Assembly: GCA_000004695.1 (NCBI GenBank)
Contig: CM000155.2
Coordinates: forward strand, 992,001-1,056,000
Length of the DNA stretch: 64,000 nucleotides
DNA from: Dictyostelium discoideum
Taxonomy: Eukaryota
Direction: 5' to 3'
Within the stretch, counting starts at the first letter, position 1. Each line of letters opens with the position of its first letter. Made by a program: the position numbers and the translations under genes. The notes under the pieces are model-generated. The model saw only the letters and a list, made by a program, of their open reading frames with translations, made no database searches and had not been told where the DNA came from. Positions 52,782 to 64,000 of the stretch are shown in pieces.

Positions 52782-52799
52782 TTTATTCGGTTTTTATTC
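52782..52799. repeat. 18-bp direct repeat TTTATTCGGTTTTTATTC, copy 2, immediately beyond the tRNA-Leu terminator
   Basis: Part of a local '(TTCGGTTTTTAT)x2' tandem. Confidence 0.8.
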
Positions 52800-52805
52800 A
52801 AAAAA
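52800..52805 (-). terminator. Pol III terminator T-run (TTTTTT) 3 nt after tRNA-Leu
   Basis: The gene strand reads ..tRNA-A-TG-TTTTTT-GAATAAAAACC.. Confidence 0.5.
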
Positions 52806-52808
52806 CAT

Positions 52809-52891
52809 TGCAAGAGGCGAGATTCGAACTCGCGAACCGAATGGATGAGATCTTAAGTCACACGGATTTAACCAGACTTTCCTACCCTTGC
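52809..52891 (-). tRNA. tRNA-Leu (anticodon UAA), type II, about 83 nt
   Basis: GCAAGGG-TA-GGA-AAGTCTGGTTAAA-TCC-G-TGTGA-CTTAAGA-TCTCA-(long variable arm TCCATTCGGTTC)-GCGAG-TTCGAAT-CTCGC-CTCTTGC-A. The acceptor stem pairs at 7 of 7 (one G-U), the T arm is canonical, and the anticodon stem has one U-U mismatch. Confidence 0.75.
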
Positions 52892-53924
52892 TTTGATGAA
52901 AATAAAAATTTATAGCCAAATAATTATGGATATAAAATTTGCTAAAATATTGAGGGTTATTTTTTTTTTAATAAATTTTTAATAAAAAATAAAGACCATA
53001 GTATTCTGGAATTTTATCATCTAAAAAATTCCTAATAATAGATTATTCAAAAAAATAAACCTTCAATTTTTTATTTTAAAAACAAAACATTATACACTCT
53101 TTTTTTATTAAAAATAAAAAACATGAAAAAAAAAAGAGGATAGTTCTTTAAATAAACCTTTTATTTTTTTTATTAGAAAAAAAAAAAAAAAAAAAAAAAA
53201 AAATAGGTTCTCAACATCCATTTTTTTTTTATATTTTTTTATATCATTTTGTGTATTTTTGAATGTTAAATTTATTTATACTAAATCAATATTAAAAATA
53301 AATAAAAATAAACGGAATTAATTTCTAAACGAAAAAAAATATTATGTATTATTTTTAATTTTTTTTTTTTTTTTTTTTTATCATTTCACAAAGGATAATA
53401 ATATTCTTTTTTATTTTTTTATTTAAAAATTCTTTTATTGTTATTATAATTAAATATTATTAGTAATGATAAACAAAGAAATCGAAAATAAATTAATTAA
53501 AAAAATAACAATTATTAATTTGTGGCCATTTCAAAATACTGGGCTCAAGCCGTTAATATACCTATTTTTTTTTCCTTTTTAACTAATATATAAAAAAAAA
53601 AAAAAAAAAAAAATTAAAAAATAATATTTTCATCGAAAATCGTTTGTAAAATGAAAAAAATCTAATCGATCACCCCACTTTTGGAATGAAACTTTATTTT
53701 AATATTAATAAAAAAATTTTTTTTTTTTTTTTTCAAAAGATATTTTTCAAAAAATTTTTTTAAAACTTTTTTTTAGAATACACAGAATGGTGATTAATTT
53801 TCAAATCAAAAAAAAAAAAAAAATTAAAACCCTATAAAAACAATTTTTATTTTTTATTTTCAGTTTAAAAATTTAAAACATTGTATAATAAATTAAATAA
53901 TTTAATTTTTATAAATAATAATAA

Positions 53925-54058
<134 letters not shown>

Positions 54059-54108
54059 ATAATTAAAATAATAATTAAAATAATTAAATTAATATAAATA
54101 ATAAAAAG

Positions 54109-56990
54109 ATGAATTTTATTAAAAAAGTAATTGGTGGTGGTAGTAGTAAAAGTAAAACCGATATTAAAATTGAAGATGAACAACATGAACAACAACATGA
54201 ACAACAACATGAAAAACAACAAATTCCAGATAAAATATCAACAAGTAAAGTAAATTCACCATGTGTTCCACCAACTTGTACATACATTTCAAAAGAAAAT
54301 GTTAGATCAGATTTATCATTAATTAAAGATTTCAATTCAGCCTATTACTATAACTATTATAGAACATTGGAAAAGAATTCCACTAATTTATTAACAAGTC
54401 CAGGTTTAAATACTAAAGTTGTTAGTAACCAATTTACATTAAAAGAATTTAATATTGTTTCAGAGATGACAGATTCATGCATTGTTTCAGTATGGACTCA
54501 GAAATACTCTAATCTATCATTGACACCAGTTGAGGCAGTCTATCAAATCCCATTAGCACCATATGCTACAGTTTCAGATTTTTCTGTAATCTTGAAGGAT
54601 AAAGTATTAAAAGGCAAAATCAAGGAGAACGAAAAGGCCAAAGAGAAATACAACGATGCCATCGCAAGTGGCGGCCAAGCATTCCTTGCTGAAAAAGTTG
54701 AAGGTTTCTTTAAATTACAAATTGGTAATTTACCACCACAAGAAGATGTAACTGTAAATATCACAATTACCTCTGAAATCGGTACACATTTAGAATCATT
54801 ACATTTCTGTTTACATAGATTCATTTTCCCAAAAAGTGCATTCAAATTCAATTATACATTGAATGCATCCCTTTCAACTCCAATCGAAACCATTGAAATG
54901 GATCATTTCCAACCAACCATAACCTACAAAGATGAATCAAAAACAAATGCAACCGTTACAATTTCAACAGAAAATGGTGTTTCAAATAATATCATTGCAA
55001 TTATTGTTCCAAAATATTCTGAAAAACCTGAATCTTTTATTGAATATTCACCAATTGATAAATCATATGCTCTTGCTATTAACTTTTATCCAAAATTCAG
55101 TGTTGGTCTTGATGAAGTTGATCAAAAATCTGAATTTATTTTCGTATTAGATTGTTCAGGTTCAATGTCTGGTAAACCAATTGAAAAATCAAAAATGTAA
55201 TTATTATTATTATTAAAAATATAAATATATCAATTTTAAATTAATTATTAATATTTTTAAATTTTTATTTTTTTTATAGGGCATTAGAAATTTGTATGAG
55301 AAGTTTAAATGAAAATTCTAAATTTAATATTGTTTGCTTTGGTAGTAATTTTAATAAATTATTTGAAACTTCAAAACATTATAATGATGAAACATTACAA
55401 AAAGCAAGTGAATATATTAATAGAATTGATGCAAATTTAGGTGGTACAGAATTATTAGAACCAATTGTTGACATTTTATCAAAAGAAAGTGATCCAGAAT
55501 TCCCAAGACAAGTTTTCATTTTAACTGATGGTGAAATTTCAAATAGAGATAAATTAATTGATTATGTTGGAAAGGAAGCAAATACAACTCGTATCTTTAC
55601 CTATGGTATTGGTTCTTATGTTGATAAAGAGCTTATTGTTGGTGTTTCAAAAGCATGTAAAGGTTATTATGAAATGATTGTTGATAACTCTGATATGGAA
55701 GAAAAAGTTATGAAATTAATTAGTATTGCAATGCAACCAACTCTATCAAATATTAAAGTTGATTGGGGTGTTCTTTCAAATGTAGTTCAATCACCTGCTC
55801 AAATTAGACCATTATTCAATCAAGAAAGAATGATGATTTATGCAACCCTTGATAAAGAGCCAACTGAAAAACAAGTAACTGTCATTCTAAGTGGTAATGG
55901 TCCATTGTCTGAAAGAATTTCATTCCCAGTGGATTTGGATTTCAGTAAAGCAAATCAATCAACTAGTCATATTCATACTTTATCAGCTTTCAAACATATT
56001 CAAGATCTTGAAGAAAGTGAAAGAAAAGAAAAGAAGGATAATAAAGATAAAATCGTTAAATTGGGTAAGAGATTTGGTTTAGTTTCAAAACATACCTCTT
56101 ATATTGTCACTGCTGATTCTGATAAAGTAACTGAAGAAACAATGAAAACTGTTCAAGTTTTAGAACCAACTCAACAAATCAATACCAGTCCTGGTAGTGG
56201 TAGTGGTTTTATTCCAACAACAAGAGTTCAAGGATCATCATCAGTTTTCCCATCCTCACCAACACCTTTGTCAGGCCCATCACCATACACAGTCTGTGCA
56301 CCACCACCACCACCACCAACATCATCACCATACACAAACTGTGCACCACCTCCACCACAATTTTCCAGATGTATTGCACCACAACCATATCAAAGTGCAC
56401 CAGCACCACCAGCACCACCAGCACCATCAAGACTTTCTCAAGCACAATCACAAATGGATTATTGTGATCAAGAATTATTATGTGAAAGTTTAGAGGGTGA
56501 TTTATTAGTTGAAGAAGAGGAGCTAGAATGTAAGGAAATAGAATGTTCACCACCACAAAAATTAAGTTATATTACACCATTTGCACCAACATCACAAATT
56601 AGTCAATCATCAAGAGAATGTAGATCTAAAAAATCCTCTTCTCCAACAATACAAAAATCATCATCATTACCATCAAGACCATCAACATCATCTTCATCAT
56701 TAATTGAAATTATTCGTCAACAAAAAGCAAATGGTTCATTCACAAAATCATCAGTTTCAAGCTTTATTAATGTTGATACACCACCACCATCATCAGATAT
56801 TCCAGAAGATGTTTGGACAACTCTTTTAATCATTGCAAACTTTATCTTAAACTTTGATTCACAAAAGAGTCAATGGGAATTAGTTTCACAAAAAGCTACT
56901 AAATTTGTTAAACAACAAATTATTAAATCTTCAATCGCTTCAACTTTTGAAACCCTTTTAGAATCTGCTAAAAAATCAATTTCAAATTAA
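54109..56990 (+). CDS. VIT + VWA domain protein, paralog of 35245..38001; join(54109..55196, 55280..56990)
   Basis: Same architecture: '..AVYQIPLAPYATVSDFSVILKDKVLKGKIKENEKAKEKYNDAIASGGQAF..', MIDAS 'FIFVLDCSGSMSG', then the intron (GTAATT..TTTATAG) splitting 'KSKM|ALEICMRSLNE' (compare 'KARRAMEIIIRSLNE'). Pro-rich linker; conserved C-terminal block. Confidence 0.8.
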
Positions 56991-57057
56991 AAAAAATAAA
57001 ATAGAATTAAAAAATGTATTAAAAAAACAAATTTGTTTTATTTATTTATTTATTTAT

Positions 57058-57867
57058 TTAATAATATTTTGACATTAAATGACGATTATGAGATTCATTT
57101 AACCATTGTAAATCTGGACCAATTGGAACTATTTTTAAAGGATTTACATTTTCAAAAAATGTAAATAACCAATATTTTATATGATGAAAATTAATAGTTG
57201 AATTAATTTCTTTAATTTGATAAAGTTCACGAACATAATTTGATAACATTGGATATTCTTTAATTTGTTTTTTATTACATTTAAATAATTGTAAATAGGC
57301 AGCATCGAATCTAATTAGAGTTGAAAATAATTTTATATCAGATTCTGTGATTTTGTCACTACCAACTACTAAATATCTATCCCTTTTTAATGTATCTTCA
57401 ATTCTATCCAATGCATTGAAAAGTATGTTAAACTTGTCTGTGTACTCTTGTTGAGTATTTGCTAAACCACATTTATAAACACCAAGATTAATAGTTGGTA
57501 ATATGAATTCATTTATTTCATTTATACTATCTTGATATTCCATTGGGTATAAATCATAGTAATCCTTATCTCCTGGTTTTTTATTTGAAAATTCATTAAA
57601 TTCTTTATTTAACATTCTCATAATCTCTGAAGAATCATTATTTACAATGACATTGGTTTTCTTATCAAATAAAATTGGTAATGTTATTTTTCCATTATAA
57701 TTCTTATCATTTAATTGATAAATCTCTTTTACACTTTTAAAATTATTAACTTTATCAATTGTACATCCTTCAGTTGTCTTTGTAAATGCCCATCCAATTG
57801 ATTTATCAACAATATAATCTGCAACTGAATTATCTATACAATTATTTAATCCTTTTAATCTATTATA

Positions 57868-57899
<32 letters not shown>

Positions 57900-57909
57900 A
57901 CATCTTATA

Positions 57910-57955
<46 letters not shown>

Positions 57956-58190
57956 CCAATGTAATTAAAACTCTTGTTGAAAATGGACATCCATAACTAT
58001 GATAAATATGGTATCTATTATTTTCTGGTTTAAAAACTGGATGGTTATTTGAAATAATTTCCCTTAATGAACTTTTTTTATAATTTCCTTGTTTGTCAAT
58101 GTATTTTGAATTTAAATCATTTGTGGATGCCATTGTAAATTCAATTAAAATAATAAAAACAAAAAAAACAAAGAAATAATTAAATTTCAT
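57058..58190 (-). CDS. Xi-class glutathione S-transferase / glutathionyl-hydroquinone reductase (ECM4/YqjG-like); join(58190..57955, 57859..57058)
   Basis: The active-site region 'RYHIYHSYGCPFSTRVLITLE' spans an intron (donor GTAAAA.., containing a T43 run, acceptor ATAATAG). The C-terminal half '..DRYLVVGSDKITESDIKLFSTLIRFDAAYLQLFKCNKKQIKEYPMLSNYVRELYQ..INFHHIKYWLFTFFENVNPLKIVPIGP' matches GST-Xi. The true start may be the internal Met at 58136 ('MASTNDL..'). Confidence 0.75.
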
Positions 58191-59055
58191 TTTTTTTTAT
58201 TTTTTTTTATTTTTTTATTATTTTTTTTTAATTGTTTTATTAACTTAACCCCAATTTTGGAATTTTTTTTTTTTTTTTTTTGTAATTTGTATTGTTGTAG
58301 GAGTTTTAAGCAAAAATTAATTTAATTAATAAAAAAATTTTAAAAAATAATATCATTAATTCTCCACTAAATAAAATAAAAATCTATTATGGAAGTTGTT
58401 ATATCTTGAAAAAAATTTAATATTTGAAATAGAAAAATAAATTAAATTAAAGAATTTTTTTTTTAAATATATTTTTTTAAATATATTAATTTTTTTTCTT
58501 TTTTTAATTTTAATTTAATTTTAATTTTATTTTAATTAATTAAAATATGAGTTGGATTTTAAATTGTATTTGTAAATAATTGGTAAAATTTCTATTGTTA
58601 TTTATTTTATTTGCTTTTTTTTAAAAAATTTAAATTAATTAATTTTTTTTTGATTTTTTTATTGTTATTATTGTTGAAGTATTAATATTTATTAAAGCAT
58701 TACTAATGCCATAGTACATAGATAGATTTATAATCTCTCCAATCTCTGACACTGGAACCAAATAATTGGCATTATCCAAATGTTGTAAATTAATTGATTA
58801 TTATTATTATTAGAATTATTTGAAAATACATAAAATTAAAATGATGATTTGAGCCATTTTCAAAAAAAATAATTGGCTCTATTTATACCAAAATAATAAT
58901 AAACAGATAAAAAGGGTTTTTTAAATAAAATTTTTTTTTTTTTATTATTATTTTTTTTTTTTCCCTTTTTTTGCATTTTCAATTTCATTTTTTTTTTTTT
59001 ATTTTTTTATTTATTTTTTTTTATTTTGTTTGTTTTAATAATAATATTAACACAA

Positions 59056-60655
59056 ATGAACAGATATAAAATTCAATGGTTATTTATAATAGTATTAATA
59101 TTAATAATTATAAGTGACACTTGTTTTAGCATAGAGAATAATAATAATAATTATAATGCTATTAATGACGATAATGATAGTTTTAAAGATGGTGGATTTA
59201 CAAGTTGTGGAGGATATATAAAGAATAATTTCAAGTATACTCAAAATAATTTCAATTACAGTAAAATAGTAATGAAATTAATAGATATAAGAACTAAAAA
59301 AGTCGTTGAAACTTCAGAATGTTCACCAATTGATGGTTATTACTTTTTACCAGTTTACGAGAGAGGTTCTTATAAAATTCAATTTGATTCACCATCTGAT
59401 TGGATATTTGGTATGTGTTTCATTCTTTTTCATTTTATTATATTTTTAATTATATATTAACTATTTATATATATATATATATATATATTCAAACTAAATA
59501 ATAAAGATATAAATTCATATAAAATTACGGATTTAAGACAATGTAAAAATAAAGATATAAATTTCGAATTATTAGGATTTAAAGTTGAAGGTTATATAAA
59601 AAGTGATAAATCATGTAAAGTAAATAAAAATAATGATAAAGATACTGATGATGCTCATGATGATGATGGTCCAGCTTTATTTGCAATTAATTCATATAAT
59701 ATAAATTATCAGTCAATAAAATTAGAATTACTATTAAAAAAAAATAAAAAAAAACAAATTAATAAAGAAAAAGAAGAAAAAGAAGAAGAAGAAAAAGAAG
59801 AAGAAATAGTTGATACAGTATTAACAAGTTTAAATGGTTATTATAGATTTGATGGTGTTAAACCAATTTCAAAATCATCTAATCACTATTATATTATTAG
59901 AATATCAAATGATCAAGTAGCACCAATATCATATTGGAGTTTTTTAAAAGATAAAATTGAATTTCAATTTGATTGGGATAATGTAATAATTGATAAACCA
60001 TTAATTATAAATGGTTTCGATGTTTCTGGTACAGTTTTAAATGATAATGAACCATTAGATTCTGTCATATTAACTTTATATTCAAAATCTTTAACTTCAA
60101 TTAAACATTGTAAACCATTAACAAGTAAGTGCACGCATACCATCCCCTTCTCTTACTTTTTTTAAAAATATTAACTTTTTTTTTTTTTTTTTTTTTTTAT
60201 TATTTTAGATACTATTATTAAAGGATTTAGTTCAATTTGTTCAATTGAATCAAATAGTGATGGTAAATTTATATTTAAAAAAATACCATGTGGAAATGAA
60301 TATAAAATCATAGCACAATATAAAAAAGATAATGTGAAATATGATATTGAACCGGAGGAATATATATTCGATGTTGATGGTAGTGGTAGTTTATCATTGG
60401 ATACTGATAAACAAATCATATTTAAATTGAATGGGTTTAGTGTAACTGGTTTGGTTTTAGATGATAGAGGTTTACCATTCACTCAAGAGATTGTAAACAT
60501 TTATGTAAATGGTCAAATTAAATCTCAAACTCATAAATCTGATGGTTTATATATTTTAGATTCAATAAAACCTGGTACTTATAAAATTGAAGCAAAATTA
60601 AATAATTATAAATTTAATTTACCATCATTAGGTGGTAATAATAATAATAAAAATG

Positions 60656-60709
<54 letters not shown>

Positions 60710-61406
60710 TTTTAATTGAACCACCAAATAATTTAATTATACCAAATATTACATTAAAATCATATCAAATAACTGGTAAATTAAAATTAAGTCAAAAAAT
60801 TGAACTAAATTTAATTCCTTCACTTGGTCTTTATAATCGTAATGATAATTTAGAGAATGGTAATCAAGCAAAATTTATTTATGAAGAAATTGAAGTTTTA
60901 CTAATTGAAAAAATTAAAATTCAATCAACATTTGATTTTAATAATGATATCAATATGAATTTAAATCAAGAGAATGATGAATCATTTGAATATATTCAAG
61001 TTTCAACTTGTAAATTAAATAAACAAGGTTCATTTGAATTTGATGTTATTAAATCTGCAAATTATATTGTTAAAATTAAAGATAGTACTAAAAATCAATT
61101 AATAAACAATAATATTCAATTGGAAAGAGATGAATTTCACGTAACTTTAAATCATAAATCAATTGGTGGTTTAGAATTTAGACAAATCACTACCCAAATT
61201 AATGGTAAAATTAAACCAATAACAAAATCAAATGATATTAGAATACCTTCTGGTTTATTAGTTGAATTAATTAAATTAATTGAAGTTGATTCACCACTAA
61301 ATCCAGATCAACAACAACAACAACAACAACAAGCATAACAATGAAAATCAAGATAATAATCCTAATCATAATAATAATAATAATAATAATAATAGTAATA
61401 ATAATG

Positions 61407-61449
<43 letters not shown>

Positions 61450-64000
61450 AATTAAAAGAATAATTAAAATTGAATCAACAGAACAATCTATATTTATTCA
61501 GCCATATGTTAATAATCAAGGTGAAGCTATATTTACATTTGATGATTTATTAATTGGTTATTATAGATTAAGAATTGATTACGATGATTGGTATTGGGAA
61601 GAGAAAGAAATTGAATTATTTGATATACCACCACCATTATAATTAATCTTTGATAATGATAATGATAGTGAAACAAAAAGAAATGAAAAAATTCAATCAC
61701 TATTGGAATCTGTTAATATCGTTGAATTCAAACAAACTGGTTTTAAATACATAATTGAATCAAAAAATATTGAACAAGAAGATTCAGTTATAATATCACA
61801 TAGATTAAATGGTGAAATTATTGATAATGTACAATTAAAGAAATTAATTTCACCAGAACAACAACAACAACAACAAGATGATGATAATAATAATAATAAT
61901 AATGAAGAAAATAATAATAATAAAAAGATAACAACAGCAACATTAAATAATTTTATTTTAAAAGAAGGTGGATCACATGAATTTATAGTTAAATCATGTT
62001 TTCAATTTCCAAATGGTGAATCATATACTTTTGATACGAATAATGATTCAAATAAACCAAGTTGGTTAGTAAGTAATAAGATTAAATTAGAGATTGAAAA
62101 ATATTTAATTGAAGGATCAATTGATTTAACAATGCTAATCAATCAATTTCCATCATTAAAAAGACAACAATCAAATCAACAAGGTGGTTTAACAATTAGA
62201 ATTAAATTAATTAATCCAAAAACTAATCAATTACTTGATCAATTAGATACTTCAATCTCTGATTCTTCAATGATTTATCAATTTAATTTCATGTCTTCCT
62301 TAAATGATGACCAAATTCAATTAATACCAATTATCAATTTTAATAATTTTATTAATGATAATGGTAATGGTGATGATTTAATAATAATAACTAAAGATGA
62401 TATTTTATTTTATCCATCTTCAAGAGTTTTTAAAATCGATCCAAAAGATAAAGGTAAATGTCAATTACCAATTGAACCATTTATTGGTAAATTTGGTAAA
62501 TTTATAAATGGTAAAATTGATCCACCACCAACTGGTGGAATGGTAAAGGTTATTGCTACTGCACAATCTTTAAATGATGTTGGTTCAATTAAGAGTGCTG
62601 AAATCTCTACAATTTCAAATGAAAATGGTGAATATAGAATTGGACCACTTTATGAAAATGTTAAATATGAATTTTATCCAATTAAAGAAGGTTTTCATTT
62701 TAAACAAATTTTTCATAATAATAATAATAATGGTGAAACATCATCATCGTCGTTTATTAATTTTAAATCAATTAAACATGGTTCAATTAAAGTTTTCATT
62801 AAAGATAGTAAAACAAATTTACCTGTTCCTGATGTTTTATTATCATTAAGTGGTGCTATTAATTCTCCAATTTTAAATAATAATGGTCAACAACAACAAC
62901 AACAACAACAACAACATGACGATGATGGTAAAAATCAAGAAATTCCACCATATCGTAAAAATGTTCAATTATCAGATAATGGTTCAATTATATTTGATTC
63001 ATTATATCCAAATAGATATTACTTAAGATCTGTATTAAGAGAATATTCAATTACACCAAGCTCACAAATTGTTCAAGTTTTGGAGGGTAAAGAAGAATTG
63101 ATTGAATTGGTTGCAACTAAAGTATTGTTTTCAGCAAGTGGTAATGTTTGTTCATTAAATAATGTTCCATTTTCAAATATTTATGTATTTTCATACAAAG
63201 TTATAGAATTAAAAGATTTTGATGGTAATTTAATTTCAACATCATTGGAATTATTTAAAGAATGTAAAACTGATGAAAATGGTAATTTTAAATTAAAAGA
63301 TTTTACAATTTCTTCAAAATATAAAATTAAAATTTCAACTGATAATAATGATACTAATAATAATGAAAAAAGTGCACCAATAATTTATGATATTAAATAA
63401 AAATGAAAATGATATTAAAGACTTAAATTTCATTTTAATAGTTCAACCAACAACACCATCAATTAATACTTTTCAATTGGTTGGTAATATTGTAATGAAT
63501 GGTAATTTAAATAATTATAAAAGACAAAATCAATTTATGCATTCATCAATTAATAATAATAATAATCATTATTATTATTATTATTATAAACAAAATATCA
63601 ATAATAGTAATAATAATAATAATATATTACCAAAAGGATTAAAAGTACATATTTATACAAAAAGTAGAAGTGGTAATCAATTACTATTGGTAAAATCATT
63701 AGATATATCAATGTTTAATATGTTTACAAGTTTATTAGATAAAACTAAACTATCATCAAAACCATATTTAATTAGAATTGAAAAAGAATCAACTAGATCA
63801 ACGAATAATAACAATATTAATAATAATAATAACTTATACCAAATTGAACCAAAAGAAATTGAAATTCCAATGGAATGCTCAAATTTTAAAGAACAATGTA
63901 ATGTCACTTTTCAATTTAATTTTAAGACATCCAGCAGTGGTTTACTTGATGACAATAATGGTGGTGGTGATGATGATCATCAATTCGATTTAGTATCAAT
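59056..64000 (+). CDS. NOMO (nodal modulator)-like protein made of repeated carboxypeptidase-regulatory-like beta-sandwich domains; it runs off the 3' edge of the window; exons 59056..59410, 59507..60124, 60209..61338 are supported, after which the reading frame is disrupted
   Basis: Signal peptide 'MNRYKIQWLFIIVLILIII'. Repeated 'GF.V.G.V......P......V.L.....G.Y.F..V.PG.YKI.' units. Donors are GTATGT and GTAAGT. Downstream coding continues in a second frame (61340-63400, with an in-frame TAA at 61640-61642) and a third frame (63384 to beyond 64000). Confidence 0.55.

Noticed and set aside
54543-56556. ORFs 54543-54851 (-), 54932-55150 (+), 55891-56082 (+), 56197-56493 (+) and 56209-56556 (-)
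   Set aside because: They are alternative frames within the exons of the VIT-VWA paralog. The His/Val-rich products come from the CCA/CAC proline-linker repeat.
62574-62849. 91-aa plus-strand ORF
   Set aside because: It is an alternative frame inside the NOMO-like coding region.

Overview
Eukaryotic nuclear DNA of Dictyostelium discoideum type. It is about 75-80% A+T with huge homopolymer A/T runs, (AAT)n/(CAA)n triplet repeats that encode poly-N and poly-Q inside genes, and short AT-rich GT..AG introns. There are no prokaryotic signatures (no operons, no CRISPR). I can support about 22 protein-coding genes, most of them multi-exon, so the six-frame ORF track splits them. Genes I recognise by homology: a RhoGEF DH-domain fragment (1-753), a SAGA Tad1/TADA1 homolog (955-3071, 3 exons), ERGIC3/Erv46 (4494-5917, 4 exons), a large F-box-like + DOCK DHR-2 protein (7481-12691), a tandem-GNAT acetyltransferase (12992-13957), a DEAD-box helicase (22321-24654), a GNAT-like protein (24886-26043), two tandem PA14/Cys-rich surface proteins (26381-28982 and 31224-33099), two VIT+VWA paralogs (35245-38001 and 54109-56990), a DEP-DEP-PH protein (40623-43332), UBR7 (43872-45445), PRL tyrosine phosphatase with a CAAX box (47810-48608), 4E-BP (49751-50269), cofilin (52327-52740), a Xi-class GST (57058-58190) and a NOMO-like gene (59056 to the window end). 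An uncharacterised divergent paralog pair sits at 14156-18307 (-) and 18717-21122 (+). There are two minus-strand tRNA genes, Ile-AAU at 21913-21985 and Leu-UAA at 52809-52891, each with a Dictyostelium-style external B box about 33 nt downstream and repeat-element remnants further downstream. Observations worth a second look: the intronless cofilin copy sits between tRNA-Leu and its exB box, flanked by an 18-bp direct repeat and an A-tail, which looks like a retrocopy; the NOMO-like gene needs two frame changes and contains an in-frame stop; two long near-perfect inverted repeats (140 bp and 112 bp); and an unusual F-box/DHR-2 combination. All splice junctions were derived by hand and may be off by a base or two.
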